64,000 nucleotides of DNA. Source: Verrucomicrobiota bacterium. Lineage in GTDB: Bacteria > Verrucomicrobiota > Verrucomicrobiia > Limisphaerales > CANJSG01. The stretch is taken from assembly GCA_038209745.1 (NCBI GenBank), contig JBBQXJ010000011.1, forward strand, positions 1 to 64,000, written 5' to 3'. Below, piece by piece: positions 1-8,951 of the stretch; position 1 is the first letter of the stretch; the number at the start of each line of letters is the position of its first letter. The notes under the pieces were generated by a model that saw only the letters and a list, made by a program, of their open reading frames with translations, was not told where the DNA came from and made no database searches. The translations under genes were made by a program, and so were the position numbers.

Positions 1-1070
1 CGTCCGGTATCTTCGGCGAAGACGCTCACCGTGCCATCCGCCGCGATCCTGTGGATGCGGCTGTTCGGAATGTCGGTGAAGTAAACCTCGCCCTTCGCAT
101 TGGCCGCCGGACCTTCGGTGAAGCGATAGCCGGAGCCGACCCGTTCCCAGTGGCTGTCGCCGACGAGTTTTGCCACGGGCTGCTTCGATTTGCCCTCAGG
201 ATTGGCTTTGATCTCGGCCGGATAATCGCGCCAGAGCCAGCGGAGCGCCTCGGGGAACACCGCCGTGGCGTGCTTCCCGTTGTGGCCGCCGTCGCCCCAT
301 GCGTGGTTCACGTCGTAGCCGGAGAAGACCAGCGCGCGCTCCATCATCTGGTTCTCCATCCACCAATCGCCGGCGTAGATGTTCTGGTCGTTGGAGCCGT
401 CCTGTAGAAAGAAGCGGATCGGCTTGGCCTCGGTCTTGCGCACCAGCGTGGCGAGACCTTCGGCGCCGCGCAGACCCACATAGGTGCCGACACTGGTGAA
501 GACGCGACGAAAGGCGTCGGGCCGTTCCCACGCCGCGTTGAAGGCGCAGATGCCGCCGCTGCTGGAACCGGCGATGGCGCGGTCGTTGCCGTTGGTGGAG
601 AGATTCAGCCCCTGTTCCTTGACGATGTGCGGGAGCAACTCATCGAGGAGGAAACGGGCGTAGTTGTCGCCGAGCCCGTCGTATTCGTAGCTGCGATTGT
701 AGCGGTCCAGCGCATTGGTCGAGGCGGCTCGCACCCGGCCGTGCATGACGAAGACGCCCACCATGGACGGGATCTCCTTCCGGGCGATCAGGTTGTCGAA
801 GACGTTCGGCGCCTGATACTGGATGCCATCCTGGAAGATCATCACCGGCGACGGCTTGGAGTTGTCGTGGCCGGCGGGCACGTAGACCCAATATTCGCGG
901 AAGGTTCCGGGGAAGACTTGGCTGTCGGTGAACTCGTATTGAGTGACCTTCCCTTTCGGCCCGCCGTCCTGCGATTTCGAATCCGGACCGGGCACGTAGT
1001 CGTCGGCCGCGTGGAGCGGTGATAAAAGGCAGGCGCAGACGAGGGTCAACGCGATCAGAAGGGACTTCAT
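1..1070 (-). CDS. Secreted esterase (Fes-like alpha/beta hydrolase) fused to SMP-30/gluconolactonase domain; 3' end runs off the window
   Basis: Manual translation from ATG at 1070: signal peptide MKSLLIALTLVCACLLSPLHA, then REYWVYVPA, nucleophile motif IAGSSSGG, GGHNGKH, then FTEGPAANAKGEVYFTDIP (SGL beta-propeller start). Missing from the ORF track because it is truncated. Confidence 0.8.
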   Translation of the reverse strand, partial: MKSLLIALTLVCACLLSPLHAADDYVPGPDSKSQDGGPKGKVTQYEFTDSQVFPGTFREYWVYVPAGHDNSKPSPVMIFQDGIQYQAPNVFDNLIARKEIPSMVGVFVMHGRVRAASTNALDRYNRSYEYDGLGDNYARFLLDELLPHIVKEQGLNLSTNGNDRAIAGSSSGGICAFNAAWERPDAFRRVFTSVGTYVGLRGAEGLATLVRKTEAKPIRFFLQDGSNDQNIYAGDWWMENQMMERALVFSGYDVNHAWGDGGHNGKHATAVFPEALRWLWRDYPAEIKANPEGKSKQPVAKLVGDSHWERVGSGYRFTEGPAANAKGEVYFTDIPNSRIHRIAADGTVSVFAEDTG

Positions 1071-1257
1071 GCCCGGGTGGTTCTCCGAACGAGCCTTGGG
1101 TGTCAATCTTGGAAGCACGACGCCCACGGACCAGTCCTCGATTCTTCCGGCATTCTGCATTCCACCACGTCCCGAAAGGCCGCGATCTGCACTGGGTCTG
1201 GCGCCCCAACTGTTCGACCGGCCCCGCAAGTTCCTGATCCTCAGTCAGCGGCCCTTT

Positions 1258-1273
1258 CGGCACCCTTGATGCA
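1258..1273 (+). promoter_or_regulatory. Possible sigma-54 (-24/-12) promoter
   Basis: CGGCAC-CCTTG-ATGCA with GG-N10-GC spacing just upstream of the ATG at 1288; the leader would be very short. Confidence 0.25.
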
Positions 1274-1287
1274 TGGACATGGATCGA

Positions 1288-1656
1288 ATGAAAACCCACC
1301 CGAACCTCCTTTGGACCGCGCTCGTTGCGTTTCCACTCCTCGCGGTCGGCCTGCCGGTTGGGGCCATCGAATCGAATCCGTCGACGACGGTCGCCGCCGC
1401 CAATGACGCCGCCAAATACCTCTCCGGCGCAGTCACGGCCAAGTCCGAAACGGAACTCTCCGTCAAATCGATGACGGGCGAATCCCACACGGTGGTCCTG
1501 TCCAAGTCGACCACCTATACCAAGGACGGCAAGGACGCGAAGGCGGACGACGTCAAAGTCGGCAGTTCGGTCCTCGTGACCCTGAAGACCAACAGCGACG
1601 GCAAAACCGAAGCCGAGAAAGTCACCATCAGCGAAAGCATGGCACCGAAGAAATGA
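1288..1656 (+). CDS. Small secreted protein, DUF5666/OB-fold-like
   Basis: Signal peptide, then LSGAVTAKS...TTYTKDGKDAKADDVKVGSSVLV pattern. Confidence 0.6.
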   Translation: MKTHPNLLWTALVAFPLLAVGLPVGAIESNPSTTVAAANDAAKYLSGAVTAKSETELSVKSMTGESHTVVLSKSTTYTKDGKDAKADDVKVGSSVLVTLKTNSDGKTEAEKVTISESMAPKK

Positions 1657-1849
1657 GGCGCTCCGGCGCGAAGATCGAAGCGGATCCTCCTGAAGCAAAG
1701 TGGCGCGCCGGCCATGCCAGCCGCCGCGCCACGAACCAACCCAACCATGCGGACAACCCTAGTATCCCATCCGCGACAGATCCATCAACGCGGCCTTGAC
1801 CAACTTGAGTCTGCGAACGGATTTGGTTGGAAAACCGGAAGGGGAGAAG

Positions 1850-1925
<76 letters not shown>

Positions 1926-1981
1926 GACCGGAAGGACAGCCCGTAGCTAAGCAGCCCGCCATCCGCTCGGGAAGTCCCCAT

Positions 1982-3223
1982 TCATGGAACCGAAAGCGAC
2001 TTCTCCGTTCCCGACGCCTGGAAGTTCCGGATAAAGTTCGTGCCGCACATCCCGGCGATCCGTTGGATGGTCGGCCATGCTTGGGAACGCCTCTCTTCGG
2101 AAAGTCGGATGCGGTTGCCGTGGTAGGTTTCAGGGAACGCGTTGGTGCCGAACTCGGTGAGCACGGTTTCAGTCCTGTTCGAAAGCTCTGTCCAATCCGC
2201 TGGTTCCAAAGGGGCATGCTTCACCAAGGTCGCGAACGCCAGGAAACGCACGGTTTGGTCGGCTTGGGCCATATTCTCCAGCAGGTCAGGCGCGGAGACA
2301 GCGCCACCGTGTTCGAGCAACGATCTTCCTGCCCAATCACTGATGTCCCGGTCCGGATGTCCCATCAACTTGGAGAGACGACGGCCGAACCGGGTCGAGC
2401 CCATCTTGTTCAGCACGACGAGGGCCGCCAGGACTTCATGGTTCGCTTCCGACTGAAGTTTGGAGCCGAGCATCGTTTCGATCTGTCCACGTTGCGGCGA
2501 ATGCCCGGCGAATTCCGCGAGCGCGTTCCAACGATCGAAATCACGACCGTGCTTCACCGCTTCAGCGATCCGCTGCTCGACCTCCGTCTTTGAGATGGGT
2601 GCTTTGGTGTAGTTGAAGTCGGCGTCGGATGGCTGCGGCGCGTAATTTTGCAACGTTTTCAGAAGAGCCTGTCCATTCGTCCCGGACGCATCGAAGACGA
2701 TCAATGACTCGTCGAAAACGGCCGGAAAAGACGGGTTGGAGCAATGCCAGCAAAGGGTGATCTCGGCCCGCTTGAATGGGCCGGTGTAGAATCGCAGGAC
2801 GTATCCCGGTTCATGGCATCCGATGGTCCCCGGGAGAAAAGTCTGCCCTCTCCACAGTGAGGCCAACTTCCGCGCCTCATCTCCGCGGACCGTCTTGCGC
2901 TTGAAAACAAACCTCTTGTCCTCGCTCCAAGGCCATCTCCGATAGCGCGCCGTCGTCCGGAATTACAGGTCCAAGGTTTCGGATACCCAAGGCCCGAGCG
3001 AGACCACCTCAGCCGATGTCACCCATGGCAATTCCGTTCCGTATCGGCGCAAAAGGTAGTCGTCGCCGTGGCGGGAGTATTGGTTGATTTCCCACGCCGT
3101 CGAAAGCATCCAGCCGAGGATCAGTAGACCGCCGGCTTTCCAGCCAAACTTCCACAGGCGTCTACCCAATGAAGCCTGCTTTGAATCCTGGGGTGACTGC
3201 CTGTCTTTGACGGTCGCCTTCAT
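1982..3223 (-). pseudogene. Membrane-anchored HEAT-repeat-like protein interrupted by one in-frame TAA (2963-2965)
   Basis: ORFs 2963..3223 and 1982..2866 share a frame and the 32 codons between them are open; N-terminal TM helix, CHEPGY..LCWHC motif, C-terminal HEAT-like repeats. Confidence 0.6.
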
Positions 3224-3254
3224 CTATTGAACAGACCGGATCGACGGCGAATGG

Positions 3255-6200
3255 TCACGACCACTCACAAAGCCCCTCCACATACGCCGCCGATCCGTCG
3301 CGGAGCCAGCCGTCGAGCTGGGCCTGGTCCTTGAGCTGTTGGCCGCGCAGCCGGGGGACCACGACGAACTGAGTGTTGATCTCGGGCAAGGCCGTCAGGT
3401 CGCTCCACAGCTTCTCGAACTGGGCGACGGGGAAGACGTCTTCCTGGCCGTGGCCCCAACGCTTTTTCACGTCCTTCACGGTGACGTAGGTCGGCAGCTT
3501 GGCGGCCAAGGTGCGGATGGCGGCGGTGATCTTTTCCTGGGCAGCAGCGGCCGCAGCCGAAGCCGAGGCGCCTGTGCCACTACCCGAAGCCACCACGTCC
3601 TCCCGCGTCAGTCCCATCGCGGTGAGGAACTGGTCGAGATCGATCCAGGTGGTCATGGAATTGTAGTAGCTCAACCGGAATTCGTCCTCTTCACGCGGCA
3701 TGGCGAGTCCTTCGACCAGACGCGGACGGCCGTTCACGCGGGCCAAGCCACCGCCACGGTCTTCCAACCGCCGGGTGATGACCTCGAAGGTCAGGCAGGC
3801 GCCGCTCTGGATGTGTTGGCCGAGCAACGCGGCGTCCGGGCTGGCGCCGAGGGTGTCGATGTTGTGCAGCATCAACCAACGGAGCCGCGGGCGCTCGGTC
3901 AACAGCTTCGCGAGGACGCCGTTGCGGAGCAGGTTCGGCAACTCGAAGAAATGGCCGACCGGATGCAGACATTGGAGCGGGACGTTGTCGGTGTAGTCGC
4001 CGCCTTCGCCGGTGGACTTCGCCCAGTTCATCAGCGCCGCTCGCAGGCTCTCGCGGACCTTCTGCTGTTGCACGTCGAGGACCTGTTGGGGCATTTCCTC
4101 CCACTGGAAACGCAGGTCGCGCACGGTGGGAATCATCCGCAGTCCGACGCTCCTGCCCTGAGAGAGATGCAGCGGGCCTTCGTAGCCATAGTGCTTCATC
4201 CGCGACAGGAACTCGGCGGTCGGGCCCTGGGTGAGGTAGCTGGTGGTGAAGATGTGGGGAATGGCCGCGCCATGGACGCGGCCGGCTTTGCGGGACTTGG
4301 CCAGGTGCGTCTCGATGAAGGTGCGGTGCTTTCCACCGAGCTTGGCGTAGGGATGCAGCGCCTTGCAGGTGCCGGCGCCGCCGGTCCAACGAGAACCCGC
4401 GCCGGCGGCCAGGGTGACCACGGCGAATTCGCCGTTGCGGAGAGCGGCTTCGCCGAGGGCGGCAGTGGCACCGGCGGCCTCGCCTGTGGCCGGCGCGGCA
4501 GGCGCCCCCGCCTGCCGGCCTGCGGTGCCGCAGCCCAGTCGGTATTCAGAGTCCTTGAGCCGCGCCTTCGACGGGTTTTCGGCGATGTACCGACCGAACC
4601 GTTCCCACTGGTCCCCGTCTCGCACGATGTGGTCGAAGGATTCGTCCTGCCAAACCGTGCTGTCGCTGAGACCCAGTTTTTTGAACGTGTGGGCGGTGAC
4701 GGATTTCCAGCCCTGGATGATCCCGCTCAGGGAATGTTCACCCAGCGGCCGGACCAGCACGTGGACGTGGTTGGGCATGACCACGTAGCGGCCGAGAGCG
4801 TAGTGTTGGCCGTCAAAGTGGCGGAGGCAGCGTTCCACTTCGTCCGCAGCGGCGGCGGTTCGCAGAAGGCAGACTCCGAATCCGTGATCGGTTTCCTCCT
4901 CGAACTTGGCGGTGAAGAGCGCGGTGGCTTCTTCAAGCGCTTCTTCGGAAACGGGCTGGGGAAGGCGTTTGAGGTGATCGGCTTTTTCGGCACGCCAGCG
5001 TTCCACCTTCTCCTTGGGCATCGCGTCGGCCAAGCGGAGGGTCACGAAGCAGGTGCAGCCCTCCTGCCGCCAGGGCGGGAGGTTGCGCTGGGAGATGGCG
5101 GCGGGGCGGTCTTTGTCGAAGGGGGTGAACAGCGAGACTTCGGGTGAACAGGCGGGGGCGCCTGTTTGACTGGTCCCAGGCGGGGGCGCCTGCGCCACTA
5201 CCACTCGCTGGCCGGCTGCGCCGCCCATCTGCGTTCCGTCCAAGCGCACCACGTCCCCGTCCTTCACATCTTCGATGCGGGTATCGGCGCGGAGGCGGTT
5301 TTGAGCGAGGCCGATGCGGCCTTCCCGCATGTCGGAGCGGATCTGCTCGTGCTGGGCCCGGTCGAAGCCATTGCGATCAAGCAACTCGTGCAGCGTGGCG
5401 CCGTCGGAACTGCCGGACTTGCCCCGGGGCATGAGGGCGTCGAAGAGCGTCTGGACCATGCCGCGCAGCTCGGGTCTGGTGCGGCAGGCGGCTCCGAAAA
5501 TATCGAGCTCGGTGCGGCGGCTGGCGGGCAGCTCGGAGCGTTCGGTGCGGAGGAGCTTGGGCAGGACGAGCGCGTAGTAGCCGGAGGGCATGAGCGCGTC
5601 TTCGCCGGTGAGCAGATCGGCGAAAGTGCCGTTTTCGTTGATGGCGTAGTCGAAGACGACGGGGTCCATCGCGAAGGGCAGCGAGGCGCTGAGTTCGCGC
5701 TTCGTCTCCAGCATGATCTCCTTCAACCGATCCTGGGCCTCCAGCTTGCGGTGCGGCGCGAAGATGAAGCCCATGCCGCCGCCGGACATGCCGCCGAGCA
5801 TCCAGAAGCCCCAGAAATCGCCGCCGAACTCGGCCTCGCACTTGGCGATGAGCTGTTCGGTGAAATAGGTCGAAGCCCAGGGAATGATGGTCTGGAGGGG
5901 CTCGCGGAAGTTGCGCGTGGTGGCGGCGCCTAGCGCCTTGATGTCGCCGCGCTTCAACGCGGAGATCACTTCGTCCAACACGGTCAACGCGTCCTGCCGA
6001 CCGGCCCACTCGGCGCTGGAACGGAGGAGGTATTTCTCCGTCACCATTTCGAGGATGGGGCCGACGTTCTGGGCCATGCCGCCGTGGACGACGACGAGGG
6101 AATCCATCAGCGCCTTGCGGGCGGACTCGGGGATTTCCTCGCGGCTGAAAACGTGGTGGACCGGCATCAGCCGGCCCCGGGAAACACCGAACTCGGGATC

Positions 6201-7472
6201 GCTCTCGGCCGAGGGAACGCCGGTGATCAGCTTGATGCCGGGCCAGACGCCGCCGGAATCCTGCCAACCACCTCCGGAGCCGCCGATCCATTCGCCGAGC
6301 AGCGCGCGGGCAAGGACGAGACGGCGATCGGGTTCGGACAAGGAACCCGTCAGCGCACGGCTTCCAGTCGTGGCCCAGCCGCCCTCGCCCGTGCGACTAC
6401 GATCAACAGCGGCCGTCTCTTCGCCGGTCGTCTGGCCGGTGGCCCTCATACAGACGCTGATGAGCGAGCCGAGAAGGTTGGTGCTGACGGCGAGACGGGA
6501 GCCTTTGGGGATGTCGTTGACGCTGGAGACGATTTCCAGACCGCGCCCTTCACCGACCATCTGGGCCAGCAGATCGGCCAGGGATTGACCGGAACCTTCA
6601 ATGCCCGGCGGCACGATGCCGGAGGCGATGACGGCGGCCTTCAGCAGGCCGAGGTAGTCCTTCGCGAAGTCGAAAACGTCGCCCAGCGAGGTGACGTCGG
6701 CGGTCGCCCCCAGATCGACGGAAGTGAGCCGCAGGACCGGCTCGTCGATCACCCGCAGCCACGCGCTGACGGGAGGACGCGGCGCGGCGTCGCGACCGTG
6801 GACACCGAGGTCGACTGAGATGTTGATGACCTTGGCGCCCTCGGGGAAATCCATGCCGAGGAAGAAGATGTCGGACCACGCGGAATGCGTGAGATCCATG
6901 CGGACGGGCGTCTGTTCGCGGAGGATCGGGAAGGTGCCGTCGGCGCCGCGCTGAAGCAGTTGCGGCCGGATGCGGAGCGGCTGATCGGCGGGATGGCCCA
7001 TGCGGAACATCCATTGATTGCCGCGCACGGTGCGCACGCTGCGCCGGACCTGGTCGGCCAAAGTCTGGAAAGCGAGCCGATGATAGGAAGCCGAGAGCGC
7101 GGAGCAGAGACCGTCGCTGGGGCCGAGCTTTTGTTGGTCGCCGAGGAAGGTGTCGATGGCTTCCTCGAAGCGGCGATGGAGGAGTTGCTCGAACCCGTGG
7201 AAGGGGATGAGGGCCGGGGGCTGGTTTCCGATTCCGGATGCCTGATACCGGATGCCGGAGACCAGCTTCGCGGGAAGATGGAAGCGATGGATGGAGGAGA
7301 GGAAAAAGAGCGCGCGGACGCGTTCGTAGAGGTTCTCGGCTTGGCGGCGGAAGACGTCGAGCTCCGTACAGGCGTCGAGCAGTTCGTCAACGGAAGCGGC
7401 TTGGGCGAAGGCTTCCAGCGACCGGTTGCGAACCGCGTCGTCCTGGGAGGTGATGATCGAGATCAGGTTCAT
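3255..7472 (-). CDS. GHMP sugar kinase (fucokinase-like) / UDP-sugar pyrophosphorylase fusion with in-frame RAYT insertion (1405 aa)
   Basis: Start MNLISIITS at 7472; kinase motifs PVRMDL..WSD, IPKGSRLAVS, GGGWQD, GGMSGGG; C-terminal LAAGAGSRW, HPVGH, HNIDTLG, GGGL, QFEKL. Confidence 0.8.
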   Translation of the reverse strand: MNLISIITSQDDAVRNRSLEAFAQAASVDELLDACTELDVFRRQAENLYERVRALFFLSSIHRFHLPAKLVSGIRYQASGIGNQPPALIPFHGFEQLLHRRFEEAIDTFLGDQQKLGPSDGLCSALSASYHRLAFQTLADQVRRSVRTVRGNQWMFRMGHPADQPLRIRPQLLQRGADGTFPILREQTPVRMDLTHSAWSDIFFLGMDFPEGAKVINISVDLGVHGRDAAPRPPVSAWLRVIDEPVLRLTSVDLGATADVTSLGDVFDFAKDYLGLLKAAVIASGIVPPGIEGSGQSLADLLAQMVGEGRGLEIVSSVNDIPKGSRLAVSTNLLGSLISVCMRATGQTTGEETAAVDRSRTGEGGWATTGSRALTGSLSEPDRRLVLARALLGEWIGGSGGGWQDSGGVWPGIKLITGVPSAESDPEFGVSRGRLMPVHHVFSREEIPESARKALMDSLVVVHGGMAQNVGPILEMVTEKYLLRSSAEWAGRQDALTVLDEVISALKRGDIKALGAATTRNFREPLQTIIPWASTYFTEQLIAKCEAEFGGDFWGFWMLGGMSGGGMGFIFAPHRKLEAQDRLKEIMLETKRELSASLPFAMDPVVFDYAINENGTFADLLTGEDALMPSGYYALVLPKLLRTERSELPASRRTELDIFGAACRTRPELRGMVQTLFDALMPRGKSGSSDGATLHELLDRNGFDRAQHEQIRSDMREGRIGLAQNRLRADTRIEDVKDGDVVRLDGTQMGGAAGQRVVVAQAPPPGTSQTGAPACSPEVSLFTPFDKDRPAAISQRNLPPWRQEGCTCFVTLRLADAMPKEKVERWRAEKADHLKRLPQPVSEEALEEATALFTAKFEEETDHGFGVCLLRTAAAADEVERCLRHFDGQHYALGRYVVMPNHVHVLVRPLGEHSLSGIIQGWKSVTAHTFKKLGLSDSTVWQDESFDHIVRDGDQWERFGRYIAENPSKARLKDSEYRLGCGTAGRQAGAPAAPATGEAAGATAALGEAALRNGEFAVVTLAAGAGSRWTGGAGTCKALHPYAKLGGKHRTFIETHLAKSRKAGRVHGAAIPHIFTTSYLTQGPTAEFLSRMKHYGYEGPLHLSQGRSVGLRMIPTVRDLRFQWEEMPQQVLDVQQQKVRESLRAALMNWAKSTGEGGDYTDNVPLQCLHPVGHFFELPNLLRNGVLAKLLTERPRLRWLMLHNIDTLGASPDAALLGQHIQSGACLTFEVITRRLEDRGGGLARVNGRPRLVEGLAMPREEDEFRLSYYNSMTTWIDLDQFLTAMGLTREDVVASGSGTGASASAAAAAAQEKITAAIRTLAAKLPTYVTVKDVKKRWGHGQEDVFPVAQFEKLWSDLTALPEINTQFVVVPRLRGQQLKDQAQLDGWLRDGSAAYVEGLCEWS
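3561..3583 (-). repeat. GTAG-type REP half-copy inside coding sequence
   Basis: Minus strand GTAGTGGCACAGGCGCCTCGGCT; translated as GSGTGASA in the host ORF. Confidence 0.7.
4462..4516 (+). repeat. Two REP hairpins at the downstream flank of the RAYT domain
   Basis: GCAG-TGGCACCGGCGGCCTCGCCTGTG (4462-4488) and GGCAGGCGCCCCCGCCTGCC (4497-4516). Confidence 0.75.
5147..5201 (-). repeat. Two REP hairpins at the upstream flank of the RAYT domain
   Basis: Minus strand GTAG-TGGCGCAGGCGCCCCCGCCTG (5177-5201) and AACAGGCGCCCCCGCCTGTT (5147-5166); 16-bp core is identical to 4499-4514 in inverted orientation. Confidence 0.8.
6367..6400. repeat. Degenerate REP palindrome inside the kinase domain
   Basis: GTCGTGGCCCAGCCG-CCCT-CGCCCGTGCGACTAC, a decayed form of GTAGTGGCACAGGCG...CGCCTGTGCCACTAC. 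Confidence 0.6.
7221..7262. repeat. Six imperfect 7-bp tandem repeats, in frame (42 nt)
   Basis: CTGGTTT CCGATTC CGGATGC CTGATAC CGGATGC CGGAGAC; encodes VSGIRYQASGIGNQ. Confidence 0.6.
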
Positions 7473-7495
7473 GGACGTGCGAAGCGGAGATGGAC

Positions 7496-8335
7496 TCAGC
7501 GGTTGGCCAGGAGATCGACGAGGCCGGTCAATACTTCGTCGCGGTCGCCGCCGGAGAGCGCAAGGGCGAGCTGGGCGGTGAGCAGACCGTATTTGTGGCC
7601 GATGTCGTAGCGGCGGCCATCGATCTCGAGGGCGAGGTAGCGCTCGGAGCGGACGGACTTGGCGAGGGCGGGGCTGAGATGCACGCCGCCTTTCGCGCCG
7701 TAGAGGCCGACCAGTTCGTCGAGCAGGTGGAACACGCCGGGAGTCAGAACGTGCATGCCGAAGAAGCAGAGGTAGTGGCCGGCGCGCAGGCCGGGAACGA
7801 TCAGTCGCTGCTCGGCCTCGGTGGGTGTCGGCTTCTCGATGACCGCGTCCACCTGGTAAACGTGGCCGTGCGAATCGGTCAGATGTCCGCCGATCGCGCC
7901 ATAGAAGGGCAGCTTGCTCTCGTGCGTGGCCTGGACGGCGGAGACGATGCACTCCTCGCGGCTCGCCAGTTCGACCAATTGTTGGGCGCAGCTCTGGGCC
8001 GTGCGGCTGAGGTAGACGTGGTCGCCGACCATGAGCAAAGCGGGTTTGCCCGCGGTGAAGTCCTTCGCGAGCCAGATTGCATGGCCGTAACCGAGACGGT
8101 CCTTCTGCTCCAGAAACTGGAGCCGCGGAGCATGCTGGCCGGCGGCGGCGCGATAGGCCGCCTCGTCGCCTGGCTGGATGACGACCGCGATCTCCTCGAT
8201 GCCAGCTTTGAGCGCTTCCTCGATGATGACGGCGAGGGCGGTCTTGGTGGCGCCGTCGCGGTCGACGAGCGTTTGGAGGGGGAGCGTGCGCTGGTTGGCG
8301 CCGGCGGCGGTGATGATGGCCTTGCGTATTTCCAC
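7496..8335 (-). CDS. GalU-like sugar-1-phosphate nucleotidyltransferase
   Basis: IRKAIITAAG, Q..RLGYGHA, VGDH, IEKP, RYDIG motifs; the usual G.GTR..P.TK motif is altered to GANQRTLP. Confidence 0.75.
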   Translation of the reverse strand: MEIRKAIITAAGANQRTLPLQTLVDRDGATKTALAVIIEEALKAGIEEIAVVIQPGDEAAYRAAAGQHAPRLQFLEQKDRLGYGHAIWLAKDFTAGKPALLMVGDHVYLSRTAQSCAQQLVELASREECIVSAVQATHESKLPFYGAIGGHLTDSHGHVYQVDAVIEKPTPTEAEQRLIVPGLRAGHYLCFFGMHVLTPGVFHLLDELVGLYGAKGGVHLSPALAKSVRSERYLALEIDGRRYDIGHKYGLLTAQLALALSGGDRDEVLTGLVDLLANR

Positions 8336-8466
8336 GGTTTTATCGTTCTGGTTTCAGAATCTTTCGGAGGCTCACAGACCGACTTGAGGGCGTCAACGCG
8401 GCCGAACCGACTGTCGAGGCCTCTTTCCGCTCGTCCTCGGAGGCGGCGCCTTCGCATACTCCGGGC

Positions 8467-8946
8467 ATGGTCCATGTTGGCATCGGTTATGACGTTCATC
8501 CGCTGGTCGCCGGGAGGAAGCTCATCCTCGGCGGCGTCGAGATTCCCCACACGAAGGGGCTGGAAGGGCATTCCGACGCGGACGCCCTGATGCATGCGCT
8601 CACCGACGCGGTGCTCGGCGCCCTGGGCGAGGGCGACATCGGGCACTTTTTCCCGAACACCGATCCACGCTGGAAGGACGCCCCCAGCTCGACGTTCCTC
8701 AAGGAAGCGGCCCGCCAGGTGAGTTTCCACAATGGCCGGATCGTCAACGTGGATGTCTCGCTCGCGTGCGAGGCGCCCAAGATCAATCCGCACATCGAAA
8801 AGATGAAGTTTGCGATCTCCGAGGCGCTCGGGATCAATCCGAAGCGCGTCGGCATCAAGGCCACGACCAATGAGCGGCTCGGTTTCATCGGACGCGAAGA
8901 AGGCATCGCCGCAATGGCCGTTGCCGCGGTGGACCTCCCGGAATAA
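8467..8946 (+). CDS. ispF: 2-C-methyl-D-erythritol 2,4-cyclodiphosphate synthase
   Basis: VGIGYDVH, GHSDAD, GDIG, KATTNE.LGF.GR.EG. Confidence 0.97.
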   Translation: MVHVGIGYDVHPLVAGRKLILGGVEIPHTKGLEGHSDADALMHALTDAVLGALGEGDIGHFFPNTDPRWKDAPSSTFLKEAARQVSFHNGRIVNVDVSLACEAPKINPHIEKMKFAISEALGINPKRVGIKATTNERLGFIGREEGIAAMAVAAVDLPE

Positions 8947-8951
8947 CGACC

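Larger units (their letters stand above)
4462..5201 (-). mobile_element. REP-flanked RAYT (HUH/Y1, IS200-superfamily) transposase domain inserted in frame
   Basis: QRNLPPWRQEGCTCFVTLRLAD...HFDGQHYALGRYVVMPNHVHVL...WKSVTA...WQDESFDHIVRD...RYIAENP; HUH motif and catalytic Tyr present; no own stop codon. Confidence 0.85.

Noticed and set aside
3339..5147. Long antisense or alternate-frame ORFs (also 12707-13987, 41115-42650, 51060-52655, 54293-55840)
   Set aside because: Typical high-GC shadow frames opposite well-supported genes
4462..5201. Intein or self-splicing intron interpretation of the insert
   Set aside because: No C/S...HN-C/S/T splice junction motifs and no recognisable group I/II intron ends; the motifs are those of an HUH transposase
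7473..7952. 160-aa N-terminal extension of the 1565-aa ORF
   Set aside because: Arg/Pro-rich off-frame overlap with the GalU-like gene; the real start is most likely ATG at 7472
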